Shown here: positions 8,385 to 18,519 of the stretch, piece by piece
How the letters are laid out: the number at the start of each line of letters is the position of its first letter
Numbering within the stretch: the stretch's first letter is position 1
Virus record (IMG/VR): IMGVR_UViG_3300037423_001642
Location: 1 to 64,000 of that record
Reading direction: 5' to 3' (one strand)
Source: an uncultured virus (IMG/VR IMGVR_UViG_3300037423_001642)
Taxonomy: Duplodnaviria > Heunggongvirae > Uroviricota > Caudoviricetes
Length of the DNA: 64,000 bases
The notes under the pieces: model-generated
The model's input: only the letters and a program-made list of their open reading frames with translations
What the model was told of the DNA's origin: nothing
Database searches by the model: none
Made by a program: the position numbers and the translations under genes

Positions 8385-11300
8385 TCATCTCTTTATGAAT
8401 TTATTCAAGTATTTATCATATGAAAAATTATTGTCATCGTTCGTGGTATTTCCTATAACACCAAGTGTTGTATTAGAATTTTTCGTATATCCGGGCACTT
8501 TGATACCTTTTGTAAATGTTCGCAAGTAATCATCGTAACTAAGTCTGTTACTCTGGACATATCTCGCAATAGCGATCACTGTATCATTTTGTTCGATGCA
8601 AACTAGAACGCCTTCAAGTTCGGCATGTAGTCCGAATGCATCTACAAGATCGTTCTCTTCTGCTATATTTGCAAAAGCTTGAATTCTTAGCGAGGCTGTA
8701 TCTTCATCGTTATCATCATCTTCAACGATAGAAGCCGAACCACTAATGCTTAGTGTAGAAGTTCCGTCGATATTGTCATTATCTTCTACAAGATCGCCAA
8801 AAGCCCGAATAGAAATTGCGGTTGATGAAGATACGTTATCATCATTTTCAATTGCTGAAAGCGCCGCTTGAATTATCAGACGAGTAGCGGATACGAGTCC
8901 GTCATCCGCTTCGCCAATAGAAGCACTACCATGTACAGCGATGGCCGATGCAGACGATTCCGTGTCTGAACCTTCGGTGATCGAGGCCGAAGCCTTAATT
9001 GCGATAGCGCCAGTCGCAGAAACAGTATCATTGGCTTCTGCAATCGAGGCAGAAGTTTTAATCGAAATAACACTACTTGCCGATACTGTGTCACCAGATT
9101 CTTGAAGGTTGCTGGTGCCTTTGATAAGCAGTGTTGCGGGTGACGATACGGCATCATCAGCTTCTACAATACCCGCTACATCTTTGATAAGCAGTGTTGC
9201 GGTTGACGATACGGTATCGTCACCTTCCGTGACATTCAATATGCCTAGTACTATACCAGCCGCCGCAGCCAATGTGTCATCGGCTTCTGTAATCGATGCC
9301 GTGGCTTTAAGCGGCAATGTAGCAACAGAAGTGAACGTGTCATTGGCTTCTGTAATATTCGCAGTTGCTACCTGTGGCGGCACAAAGCCTACAGCCGAAA
9401 CCGTGTCATTGGCTTCTGTAATCGAGGCAGAAGCTTTCAGAGTGATTGTCGAAGCAGAAGAAACCGTATCGTTTGCTTCTGTAATATTTACAGTTGCAAC
9501 CTGTGGCGGAACAAAACCTACAGCGGAAACCGTGTCATCCGCTTCGCTCAATGCAGCTACGGCATGAATTGGTGATGCGCCTGTAGAAGAAACAGAATCG
9601 TTTGCTTCTGTGGATGCTACAGCACCAGCAATCGCAACTTTAGTTGCAGAACCTAGACTATCGTCCGCTTCTGTTACGGATGAAGTAGCTTTGATAGGCA
9701 AAGCTGCTGTAGAAGAAACCGTATCGTTTGCTTCTGTTATAGCAGCATCCGCCGAACGACCACTAGTCAATACAGATGTTGCACTTAGCGTATCACTATC
9801 TTCTGTGATAGAAGCATTGGCTTTGATTGCAATTGTAGCAGTAGATGAAGAAGTGTCGTTTGCTTCTGTTATGACAGGTGTAGAACTGTCATAAGCAACA
9901 ATGTTGTAGTCATTGTAGTCAAGAGCGGTAACAAACTTGCCGTCCGCAGAACAACTAACTTCCCAATACTGTCCGTTGTATGTATTTGGTGGCGTTAGAG
10001 CAGTGAATGTTGTAAAGTGGTCTGTAGACTGATATACTGCTGCAAACGTACCATCACCACCTGACAAATACTGGATACTGCCATCATCTGACAACGATAG
10101 GTAATGAAGTTCAGATGGGCTGGTTAACGTCTTTGACGTCCATGTCGTACCACCATTTGTCGAATAAAGGTAGGTATCGGCTACTGGTGTTGTTGCTGAA
10201 CGTGCTGTAACTGCAATTGTTTGACCATCGACAGAGCAATCGATGTCTTTGTACGCTGAATTTCCGTTAGGACCGGGTGAAGGAATCGTTGTTACTTGAG
10301 TCCAACTGACACCAGAATTCGTGCTTTTCCATAGTCCTGTCAAAGTTAGGCCATAGATTACCGAGCCATCGCTTGAAAGTGCAAAATCAACCCATGTTCT
10401 AACACCAGCCGCAGTTAGTGACGCCCATGTTGAGCCCTGATTGTATGAGATTACAGGATGTGAACCAGTCGTTCCATTACGTTCACCAGCAATGATGACA
10501 GAGCCATCATTCGACATTCCTACAGCTTGCCAGTTGCCTGTCAATTCTGCGAAAGTCGATGCGCCTGTGGCAGACCACGTTACGCCTCTATTGGTTGATT
10601 TATAAATGTCCCCGAAAGACAGCGGTGCAATTAGAATGCTACCATCGTAGTTGCTACCGAATAGGTAGGACTGTCCTGATAGATTAGTCTGTTGAGTCCA
10701 TGAAACACCCTTATCAGAAGATGTCCAAGGGAAATCAAACGCACCAGCGATGATCAGTGAACCGTCTGGCACAACATAAGCGCTGCCAGTCCAATTGAAA
10801 CTGTTATCGCCGGAATTGGTTACAAAGAAGCCTTTTGGCTTGTTAGCAACGATAGAGATTGTAGCAGTAGAGCTTAGCGTATCGTTTGCCTCAGATACGC
10901 TTTCATTTGCCTTAATTGAAATCGTTGCAGTTGATGACAGTGTATCGTCTGCATCTGATGTGACACCATTTGCTTTAATCGGAATCGTTGCTGTAGATGA
11001 AACAGTGTCATTGGCTTCTGTGATAGACGCCGCTGCCTTTATGGCCAGTGTCGATGGAGAGACAACAGTGTCACCGGCTTCTGTGATCGATGCAGAAGCT
11101 TTTAGAGCAATTGTGGATGTCGAAGCAACGGTATCATTGGCTTCCGTAATCGAGGCTGTACCTTTGATCGAAATTGTGGAAGTCGAAGCAACAGTGTCAC
11201 CGGCTTCTGATATCGCACCAGAAGCCGTAATAGAAATTGTGGAAGCCGACGATACAGTATCGTTCGCTTCGGTGATAGAGGCAGTTCCGGCAATCGGCGT

Positions 11301-13637
11301 TACTTGGATAACTGCCGTCACAGTGTCATTTGCTTCTGTTATAGAAGCATTAGCCTTGATCGCAATCGTAGCAGTAGATGAAGTGGCGTCGTCGGCTTCT
11401 ACAATGAATTGACCGGAATTTCCAACCGAGAAATACAGATCACTTGGAGTTCCAGTATAAGAAGTACCGCCAGTATAGATGCTCGCTGAACCATTAGGAT
11501 AAGTGCCATTAAATTGACCGGAAGCGAAATAATAGTTTACTGTGTCAGTTGCACCACTTCTGCTAACCAACAGCATATACGTTGTACCTGCGTTGGCGGT
11601 AATCGGAGAAGGAAAGGTAAACGTGGTGTTGGTAGCAGTAATTGTTAATGTGGAGCCAGCAACAGTCGATGACGTCGCTAATACGGTCGCACCAGTAGCA
11701 TCACGCAACTCAACGTAGAGGTTGTCTGTAGGACTACCTTGCTTGGCCAATCTAACAACACAGCTATCAACAACTAATTGTTTAGATGGTGTGAAAGTCT
11801 GCGCTGCACCAATATTGCTAGCATTATAACCAACAAGCAATGTAGTATCGATCGTTGTTGGAAAATTGTATTCGCCGCTTGAAGACGATGCTGTATTCGG
11901 GTTGCTATTGTGGCTTGCTGATGATAGTGTGTCATCAGCTTCCGTAGGAGTTGAAGTAGCTTTAATCGCAATTGTTGTTGCTGATGCAACTGTATCACTG
12001 TCTTCTGTAATAGAAGAAGTGCCAGAAATACCAAGTGTTCGAATCGTATATTCATTGTATTTCAATGTTCCATTGTCATTCATAATGTATGGAAATACGA
12101 TTGAATTGCCAGATTGATAAACGGCTCTTGCGTCGTGAGAGATAATCGAAACACTGGTTGTTCCGGTGTAGTCGAGTGTACCAGAACCCCAAGTTGCGCC
12201 GTTATCTGTAGAAGTCTTTACAGAAAGTGTTGTCGATCCAAGACCATAGTATGCATACACATTTCCGCTATCGTTGAATAGTCTGATAGAACCGCTGTTA
12301 GTACCGCCAGTTGATGTTCCGGTAACTGTTGGCGTCAGTGCAGAGTCAAAACGCATACCTTGTGGGGTAATTACCGTCTGGTTTACCGATGTACCATGAG
12401 CAAATACTATTCTCTGGTTTGTACTTAGGTATGATGTCGATGTACAGACAGGCCCCGGAGTAGAATATAGGAAAGTAGTTGCCGTTGATTGTGTTTGTAG
12501 GACGTTTGCACTAGACAACGCTCTTTGTGCTGCCGTTCCCGACGCCGCAGAGAAAATAAAATGAATAATGTCACTGGTGCCCAGAATAGCATCAAATACA
12601 ATACCATCGAATGCGCCACCAGCATCAACCGCCGTGTTGGTCGTCCAAACGCCACCCGTCGAACGACGTGAGTACACGGTTCTTGAGTAAGAGTTGCTCA
12701 TGCTGACAACACGAGCGCCTTGGTGCAAGACTACGACTGAACCATCGGAACGAACGATGATCGAATTGGTGTATGCGTTGATTAGTGCGTTAGTTTGTGT
12801 ATTCAGCGCAGACGTAATTGTTTCGACAGTACCGAATGTATCTGACGATATATCGAAAGTAAGATATTTGAAGTTTACAGATGTTGTCGCACCATCTGTT
12901 ATACACAAGTGGATGATGTTACCTACTTGGAATCCAGAAATCCACTGAATTCCGGTAGTGAAGCCAGTTTTTGTAGTGACACTTGACCAAGAGGAAGTTG
13001 GTGCTGTTGATTTATATGCCTGCAATGTTGTTGCAGTCGTACCATCGACTGCAAAGAAATAGAATGCAGAAGAACCGGCAGTACTTATCTTGAATAGCGC
13101 ATCCGTGGACGTTCCCTGACTGTTCCCCACACCACTGGCGGTGCTGTAAGTGTGGAGTTCACCCCCTGTGTAAACATTATCTGTACTCCAATCAAGGAGA
13201 TAATAATTGCTTGCATCCGCCGCTCCTGAACGGGTGATCACGATGTAATAGATCGTTGAAGCCGATAATGCATATGGAGTACTGAATGTGAAATTCACCC
13301 ATGCATAAGAGGTTGTTAGTGATGAACCGGCAACCGTTGCAGATGTAGCCAGTACTGTGGTTCCATCAGATGCAACAATGAGTGCAGTAAGATTATCGGT
13401 AGGGCTTCCGAATTTTTTTAGAGAGAAAGAGGCAGTTGCGATAGTAACAGCGCTGCCTGTAGTGATTTTTTGGGCCATGCCTATACGGCTAGTGGCATCA
13501 CCCCAAAGGTTGTTAGCATCGCTCAAACCCGCTGAATTAAGGGATTGGGCATATGCAGTACCCGGTGGCGTTCCTAGAAACGGACCTACAGGATTTACAG
13601 TTGAGCTTATACCAGTAATTGTTACAGGTAGAGTCAT
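8385..13637 (-). CDS. giant virion fibre/adhesin with about 32 copies of a ~21-aa repeat
   Basis: Repeat unit ITEANDTVSSxxTIxIKAxAS in blocks of 2, 9 and 21. Duplicated beta-sandwich-like domain (GSPTDNL...TVLATS.TVAGS.LT). Two BNR/Asp-box propeller-like regions (STDNGATW, SSDKGVSW, STNGGTTW). Confidence 0.8.
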   Translation of the reverse strand: MTLPVTITGISSTVNPVGPFLGTPPGTAYAQSLNSAGLSDANNLWGDATSRIGMAQKITTGSAVTIATASFSLKKFGSPTDNLTALIVASDGTTVLATSATVAGSSLTTSYAWVNFTFSTPYALSASTIYYIVITRSGAADASNYYLLDWSTDNVYTGGELHTYSTASGVGNSQGTSTDALFKISTAGSSAFYFFAVDGTTATTLQAYKSTAPTSSWSSVTTKTGFTTGIQWISGFQVGNIIHLCITDGATTSVNFKYLTFDISSDTFGTVETITSALNTQTNALINAYTNSIIVRSDGSVVVLHQGARVVSMSNSYSRTVYSRRSTGGVWTTNTAVDAGGAFDGIVFDAILGTSDIIHFIFSAASGTAAQRALSSANVLQTQSTATTFLYSTPGPVCTSTSYLSTNQRIVFAHGTSVNQTVITPQGMRFDSALTPTVTGTSTGGTNSGSIRLFNDSGNVYAYYGLGSTTLSVKTSTDNGATWGSGTLDYTGTTSVSIISHDARAVYQSGNSIVFPYIMNDNGTLKYNEYTIRTLGISGTSSITEDSDTVASATTIAIKATSTPTEADDTLSSASHNSNPNTASSSSGEYNFPTTIDTTLLVGYNASNIGAAQTFTPSKQLVVDSCVVRLAKQGSPTDNLYVELRDATGATVLATSSTVAGSTLTITATNTTFTFPSPITANAGTTYMLLVSRSGATDTVNYYFASGQFNGTYPNGSASIYTGGTSYTGTPSDLYFSVGNSGQFIVEADDATSSTATIAIKANASITEANDTVTAVIQVTPIAGTASITEANDTVSSASTISITASGAISEAGDTVASTSTISIKGTASITEANDTVASTSTIALKASASITEAGDTVVSPSTLAIKAAASITEANDTVSSTATIPIKANGVTSDADDTLSSTATISIKANESVSEANDTLSSTATISIVANKPKGFFVTNSGDNSFNWTGSAYVVPDGSLIIAGAFDFPWTSSDKGVSWTQQTNLSGQSYLFGSNYDGSILIAPLSFGDIYKSTNRGVTWSATGASTFAELTGNWQAVGMSNDGSVIIAGERNGTTGSHPVISYNQGSTWASLTAAGVRTWVDFALSSDGSVIYGLTLTGLWKSTNSGVSWTQVTTIPSPGPNGNSAYKDIDCSVDGQTIAVTARSATTPVADTYLYSTNGGTTWTSKTLTSPSELHYLSLSDDGSIQYLSGGDGTFAAVYQSTDHFTTFTALTPPNTYNGQYWEVSCSADGKFVTALDYNDYNIVAYDSSTPVITEANDTSSSTATIAIKANASITEDSDTLSATSVLTSGRSADAAITEANDTVSSTAALPIKATSSVTEADDSLGSATKVAIAGAVASTEANDSVSSTGASPIHAVAALSEADDTVSAVGFVPPQVATVNITEANDTVSSASTITLKASASITEANDTVSAVGFVPPQVATANITEANDTFTSVATLPLKATASITEADDTLAAAAGIVLGILNVTEGDDTVSSTATLLIKDVAGIVEADDAVSSPATLLIKGTSNLQESGDTVSASSVISIKTSASIAEANDTVSATGAIAIKASASITEGSDTESSASAIAVHGSASIGEADDGLVSATRLIIQAALSAIENDDNVSSSTAISIRAFGDLVEDNDNIDGTSTLSISGSASIVEDDDNDEDTASLRIQAFANIAEENDLVDAFGLHAELEGVLVCIEQNDTVIAIARYVQSNRLSYDDYLRTFTKGIKVPGYTKNSNTTLGVIGNTTNDDNNFSYDKYLNKFIKR

Positions 13638-14215
13638 TAGATCACCACATCAGAACCACGTCTGATCACCAAATCCGGTGAAAGAAGCGCTTTCCAATCC
13701 TCTATTGACTTCATGTTTAATGGTGAACCTTCTGAACTAGGTGTAATACATGACACCCAATGAACAACTTTTGGTGCCAGAAATCTTAAATTTTTTGCGA
13801 GTTCCAAGCATTCGTCATCCGACAAATTTGGCATCACGTCTTCCGTGATCGCTATATCGATCTTACCTCCCGCAAAATTCTCGATATTTTCACGACTTTT
13901 CTCGGATAGAGAATCTTCATTCAGAATTTGAATTTTTGCATGGATATGTTTGTTTTCATGAATCCATGTTGAAATATCTGTGGCGGTCACATTCAAACCT
14001 TGGGCAATCCAGTCTTCCGCAGACCAGCCAAAACCAGCCCCAATCAAAGCTATTCTTTGAGTAGGTTGCAAATCCAATGCATTTTTCAATATTAAATGAT
14101 CATTTCCGTAATATTGTGTTTTTGCCGAACGAACGTACCCAACGACAACACCGTCAACAAGACAACTATACAGTGAAGACCAAGTAGTTTCTAGGTTGCT
14201 ATCTACCAAAGGCAC
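13637..14215 (-). CDS. SAM-dependent methyltransferase-like protein
   Basis: IALIGAGFG motif I, ATDIS, DIAITEDVMPNL. Confidence 0.6.
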   Translation of the reverse strand: MPLVDSNLETTWSSLYSCLVDGVVVGYVRSAKTQYYGNDHLILKNALDLQPTQRIALIGAGFGWSAEDWIAQGLNVTATDISTWIHENKHIHAKIQILNEDSLSEKSRENIENFAGGKIDIAITEDVMPNLSDDECLELAKNLRFLAPKVVHWVSCITPSSEGSPLNMKSIEDWKALLSPDLVIRRGSDVVI

Positions 14216-14271
14216 CGATACAAATTCCCCAAATATAACAATACTATTTAGGCTATACTGTCTTCTAAAAA

Positions 14272-14306
14272 CAAAAAGCCCCCACCGTGAGGTAAGGGGC
14301 TTTTTG
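14272..14306. terminator. intrinsic terminator (bidirectional shape)
   Basis: CAAAAAGCCCC/GGGGCTTTTTG inverted repeat downstream of 14329-14733. Confidence 0.8.
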
Positions 14307-14328
14307 CTTTATGAAAGGATTATGCAGT

Positions 14329-14733
14329 TTAAGCGTTACCGGCTGTCAATGTGAACGAAGTAACCGAGAATGCCTGTCCCGATGCGAACGAAGTGTTGTC
14401 AACGGTCATGTCGCCACCGCCGCCCGTAGCAGTAACGGTTCCCTGTGCATGACAAGTACCGCCAGACGAGAAGATACGGAAGTGACCGGCTGTACCGGTC
14501 GCATCGGCAGATGTATCCTGCCATGTGCCAGACAATGCCTTTGTTCCGCCAGATGCAGCGGCCATCCAGTCAGAAGGCAAAGTACATGTTGCAAGAACAG
14601 TACCGGAGTTAGCAGCGGCGCATGAAGCAGGAGCAGCACCAGATTTAATCAAAAGAGTTGGTGCAGTTCCAATAGTCGATTCGACAACATCTAGACGTGC
14701 GTTACGAACTGCCACACTATATTGAAGGGTCAT
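14329..14733 (-). CDS. small Gly/Ala/Thr-rich beta-sheet virion protein
   Basis: RNARLD...GTAGHFRI...QGTVT..GGGGDMTVDNTSF; own late promoter and terminator. Confidence 0.7.
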   Translation of the reverse strand: MTLQYSVAVRNARLDVVESTIGTAPTLLIKSGAAPASCAAANSGTVLATCTLPSDWMAAASGGTKALSGTWQDTSADATGTAGHFRIFSSGGTCHAQGTVTATGGGGDMTVDNTSFASGQAFSVTSFTLTAGNA

Positions 14734-14768
14734 AAGTTATATTTCCTCTGAAAGTTAGATTTATATGT

Positions 14769-14776
14769 TATTTATA
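14769..14776 (-). promoter_or_regulatory. T4-type late promoter
   Basis: TATAAATA upstream of 14733. Confidence 0.8.
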
Positions 14777-14780
14777 ATAT

Positions 14781-15533
14781 TTACAAACCCGGTCCAAACA
14801 TATCTGTCAAAGGAATTGAGAACGAACGAATCATTTCTTCTTCTAATTCTTGGATTTCCTTTTCAGCTTCATCAAAAATTTCTTGACCGGACAATTCTGC
14901 ACCAGACAAAATTTTAATGGACTTGTATAGTTTTAGGTTTGCACCCCATTGCCTTTTGACAAGCGCCGTGGCATAACGGAGAAGCCACTTATCAGACCAC
15001 ACTTCCGGATATTCATTCGGATCAAGAACCTGATAGGCGTCAAAAATAATATATGTTCCGACCGCATATTTCGTCCAATCCGTGTCGATGAAAATCTTAT
15101 TCATCTTACGATTGAAGCGAATGCCGGGGGTGGAATTAAAGAAATCGTTGAACATATTGATGTGTCTGATCGCCAAATAGTATGGAACGATAGATGTGCT
15201 GGTTAGATTGTAGAAATCATTCAGCATCACTTGGTATGTTGTCGAGAACAGAGCCGAGGCAGAACCAATCAAACCAGAACCGTCCACTACCTTTGTGATA
15301 CCGGTAATGGAACTATCAATTTGAATATATTGGTTTGCAATATCGTCGGCGGTGATTTGATGTTTGTAGAAAATTTGGGTCATACCATCGAAATGGTATT
15401 CCTGATAATACGAAAGAGCATCATCGATACGATCTTCGACTTGTTCGGCATCCACGGCGATTTCAATAACCGGAAAGCCGAGACGGCGCATGATGTATTC
15501 CTTAAACGCCTTTCTTGTAGTTGGTAACGCCAT
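14781..15533 (-). CDS. 13: neck protein gp13
   Basis: YIMRRLGFPVIEIAVDAEQVEDRIDDAL, WLLRYATALVKRQWGANL. Confidence 0.95.
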   Translation of the reverse strand: MALPTTRKAFKEYIMRRLGFPVIEIAVDAEQVEDRIDDALSYYQEYHFDGMTQIFYKHQITADDIANQYIQIDSSITGITKVVDGSGLIGSASALFSTTYQVMLNDFYNLTSTSIVPYYLAIRHINMFNDFFNSTPGIRFNRKMNKIFIDTDWTKYAVGTYIIFDAYQVLDPNEYPEVWSDKWLLRYATALVKRQWGANLKLYKSIKILSGAELSGQEIFDEAEKEIQELEEEMIRSFSIPLTDMFGPGL

Positions 15534-15918
15534 AAATTTTCTTTTCCTTAAAAGCTCTTCCGCCGTTCAAGCGCACTACAATCCATACGGCCCAAGCAAG
15601 CCATCGTGAGGCACCAAGAGCAATCATCGCATCAAACAATTGGTTATCAGCAAAAAGTCTATTCTTATCAAGAACATCGTATAGTTTGTCGTGCAATGCA
15701 CCAGCGGCAGCATATTTCCCTGATGTATTTATAAATCCCTCAAAGATTCTGGGGATTGACATAAGATCGGTAAGGTAACCTTTCTGGACATAAATGTAAT
15801 TTTCTGAACCAAGTTCACCAACTTCCCAAATAAGGTCACGGGTTAGGCGATATACTCGTCTATCCCCATTAAAATATTCTGTAGAAACAAATTGAATAGG
15901 GTCAGTGAAATTAGACAT
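15502..15918 (-). CDS. DUF1353-like protein
   Basis: VQKGYLTDLMSIPR, AGALHDKLY, ADNQLFDAM. Confidence 0.8.
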   Translation of the reverse strand: MSNFTDPIQFVSTEYFNGDRRVYRLTRDLIWEVGELGSENYIYVQKGYLTDLMSIPRIFEGFINTSGKYAAAGALHDKLYDVLDKNRLFADNQLFDAMIALGASRWLAWAVWIVVRLNGGRAFKEKKIYGVTNYKKGV

Positions 15919-15920
15919 TT

Positions 15921-16529
15921 TTATCCAGATACGGGCCAGAAAGAGCTATCTTTGTAATTGACCGGCACTGGTGAAGTTTCCTTGATTGCTCGTGCCGCAA
16001 AGATACATTTTGTTTCCCATGATGCCGCCGCCTGCCCAAAGGCAAAACATGTTTGAGCATCCATGGTTGTTAGAGTGTTGTCATCGGCAATCCAAACAAA
16101 GTCAGATGAGCCGCCATGCCAACGATAGTTACCAACGGGGGAACCGGATGCTACGGCAAAACCGGCCAATGTAGCCGCTCCGATGATCCGAGCCTTAGAT
16201 TCATTATCCATGGCGTAAGATTTGCCATTAAATACAAACCCATTAGCGATACGATTGTCTCTTTCTTCGTTCACTTCGTCAGACGACACAACCTTTGAAA
16301 TGGTCGCCCACACGTACTTAGGAACACCGGATGTGACAACGATGGAAACAGTAGTTCCAATTTTTCCGTCCGGAATAGGATCGGCAGGGAGAATTTCTTT
16401 TAGAGTGTACGTGCCATTGTCCCATCCGGCACCGGCACCTTGGATGACATCGTTGCCAATGGTGAAAGAACTACCAGCTAACACTTCTTTAACCACGCTG
16501 GAATTAGATTTCTTTATCAATGCGAGCAT
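15921..16529 (-). CDS. DUF4376-like tail fibre-associated protein
   Basis: VNEERDNRIANGFVFNG, WIADDN. Confidence 0.7.
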   Translation of the reverse strand: MLALIKKSNSSVVKEVLAGSSFTIGNDVIQGAGAGWDNGTYTLKEILPADPIPDGKIGTTVSIVVTSGVPKYVWATISKVVSSDEVNEERDNRIANGFVFNGKSYAMDNESKARIIGAATLAGFAVASGSPVGNYRWHGGSSDFVWIADDNTLTTMDAQTCFAFGQAAASWETKCIFAARAIKETSPVPVNYKDSSFWPVSG

Positions 16530-17170
16530 TTTAGTCCTTCGTAAATTTCAATATCTTTTTCGTAGTATTTATTCACAGCTTTAAGTGCTGCATCATCGTA
16601 AAACCAAGATAAGTAATCTTTCGTAAGACGATTTTTTGGTAGGGATTTATTCTTCCACATCAGCGGAACTTTAATTTGAATGTTATGTGTTTCACTGAAT
16701 TCATCGATGTGTTTTTGTATATCGTCAAATAACCACCATTCGCCTATATTCTGGCCCTTATAGGTAAGAAATGAAGATTGAAGCTGGTTTTGCCATTTTC
16801 TATCTGGAAAATACCCATGCTTCGTCACTATTTTTTTGAAATCCTCCGCAGTTAAAGATTTGTTAAACCCCTGCTTTTGTCGATAGAGAAAAAGTGAAAC
16901 CACTCGTTCTAAAGGATTTCTGATGATGCCGATGAATCTATCTGTTTCATGGGCGAGTCGGTGTTTTATGACATACTCGACATCCATGTGAGAATGATCG
17001 GCATGTTTCGGTGACATGTTTTGTGAATGTGGAATATTAAGTTCATCATAGTAATTCGAGAACGAATCTTCCGGCTGAACTACGTTATCGATGAAGAAAC
17101 GTCTTACAGACGTTGAAGCATTCTTTGGAATGTTGATAAAATTGAAGCCGAAACGCTTAATACTAATCAT
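16517..17170 (-). CDS. sulfotransferase-family protein
   Basis: PAPS-binding motifs FINIPKNASTSV and IIRNPLERVVSLF. Confidence 0.8.
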   Translation of the reverse strand: MISIKRFGFNFINIPKNASTSVRRFFIDNVVQPEDSFSNYYDELNIPHSQNMSPKHADHSHMDVEYVIKHRLAHETDRFIGIIRNPLERVVSLFLYRQKQGFNKSLTAEDFKKIVTKHGYFPDRKWQNQLQSSFLTYKGQNIGEWWLFDDIQKHIDEFSETHNIQIKVPLMWKNKSLPKNRLTKDYLSWFYDDAALKAVNKYYEKDIEIYEGLKCSH

Positions 17171-17729
17171 TTAAAAGAAAGGAATTTAGAGAAAGACGAA
17201 TGCCACCTGTCGATTTGTAGGAGTGCCATGTTAGGCCAGTTTTGCCAGCGAACACCATCATGCGGTTTGGCTTCCATTCGATTTGCTTGACGAAATTTTT
17301 TTCTTGGTCATAGATCAAGGTTCCCTGTCCTTCCTGTGGATAGAGATAGGTAACAGCGGAAATGACTTTATTTTCAGCTTCGTCATGAATGGGGTGTTCT
17401 GATGCATCTAGACACAGGATAGCCTCACCATAGAGAGTAAGGTTTGAATAGTTTCGTTTATCCGCAAAATATTCGAGGAAATTTTTTGTGTCTCTGCTTT
17501 CTAACAAATTTTTGGTATTCGGAAATTTTGAATTTTTGTATAGATTGCTTTTCGTAATGAAAATTTTGTCCGCTGTTTTGGTGATGAATTCGCTTCGATC
17601 ATTTCGAAGCACGGCGAAAATTTCCATAACGGCCAAAGCCATCTGCCCTTCGGTATAATAATCATCAATAACAATATGCGGCCATGGCTTATCGAAACGA
17701 TACAATTCGTTGCTCAATTTTTTCTTCAA
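17163..17729 (-). CDS. 2OG-Fe(II) oxygenase
   Basis: PWPHIVIDD, HPIHDE, WKPNRMMVF, TWHSY...RLSLN. Confidence 0.8.
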   Translation of the reverse strand: MKKKLSNELYRFDKPWPHIVIDDYYTEGQMALAVMEIFAVLRNDRSEFITKTADKIFITKSNLYKNSKFPNTKNLLESRDTKNFLEYFADKRNYSNLTLYGEAILCLDASEHPIHDEAENKVISAVTYLYPQEGQGTLIYDQEKNFVKQIEWKPNRMMVFAGKTGLTWHSYKSTGGIRLSLNSFLLND

Positions 17730-18519
17730 ATCCTTCCTTGGAAACGTCGATGCAGAGTTTATGTGTGAACCATGATAGGAATCGACTTAAATCATCCTGA
17801 TTGACCGGTTCGATATCCTCTAGCTGATATGCACTGTCAATTTTCGGGACAATTTCCGAAAATGCCATCGTGTCGTAGGTAGCACATGGTTTGCCTTTCA
17901 GCATGGCATTGAGGCTCACGCTGGACCATGAACTAAACACTTTGTCGGCATTGTCCAACAAATGATCAAGGTTACAATTTGCATCAGCAAAAATTATGTA
18001 GTCAGAATTATGTATACAAATTTCGGTCAATGGATGCTGCTTGAAAACAGTATATACTTTTTGTTCTTCCGCATATTTCATCGCATCAAGCATATGATCA
18101 TATTCAGGTCCAATATTGTCTTGCAATAAAAAGAGATTATATTTGTCTGGTAAATCTATAATGCGAGAGCCTTGACTATATTTTGTTCCAAAAATTTTTG
18201 TGACATCGTGGTCTATGTCGCATTCCTTCCATTGATGGAGGAATGGATTAACTTTATCGAGATACATTTTATTTGGTGTGAATACATAAAGGTCTGTCTT
18301 TGGCGAACCAAAACGCCATGTCAGCGTTTGCTCAAAATTCATGTTATTGTAAAGTTCTGCAAAAATGCAGTTTCTTAAGTCATGCTTTTCGAGGATTGCG
18401 TCAACCAAATTTGCCACTTTTAGCATGTTCGGAAACATGTAATGGGTTTGTGGTAATCCCTTTACACCATTCATCCATTGCAAGCAGAGGTTACGGTTTG
18501 ATCGAAAACATGAATTCAT
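17689..18519 (-). CDS. capsule-synthesis (KpsS/KpsC-like) glycosyltransferase-type protein
   Basis: FLLQ, VFKQHP, LLDNADKVFSSWSSVSLNAMLKGKP. Confidence 0.6.
   Translation of the reverse strand: MNSCFRSNRNLCLQWMNGVKGLPQTHYMFPNMLKVANLVDAILEKHDLRNCIFAELYNNMNFEQTLTWRFGSPKTDLYVFTPNKMYLDKVNPFLHQWKECDIDHDVTKIFGTKYSQGSRIIDLPDKYNLFLLQDNIGPEYDHMLDAMKYAEEQKVYTVFKQHPLTEICIHNSDYIIFADANCNLDHLLDNADKVFSSWSSVSLNAMLKGKPCATYDTMAFSEIVPKIDSAYQLEDIEPVNQDDLSRFLSWFTHKLCIDVSKEGFEEKIEQRIVSFR

Noticed and set aside
9109..11412. Plus-strand ORFs over the giant fibre gene (9109-9567, 9610-9894, 10795-11412)
   Set aside because: Antisense shadows of the repetitive Thr/Ala/Ser codons; no SD or promoter context.
8560..12010. 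CRISPR-like or DGR-like repeat array
   Set aside because: The repeats are degenerate, in frame and protein-coding; no cas or reverse transcriptase gene in the window and no adenine-specific variation noticed.
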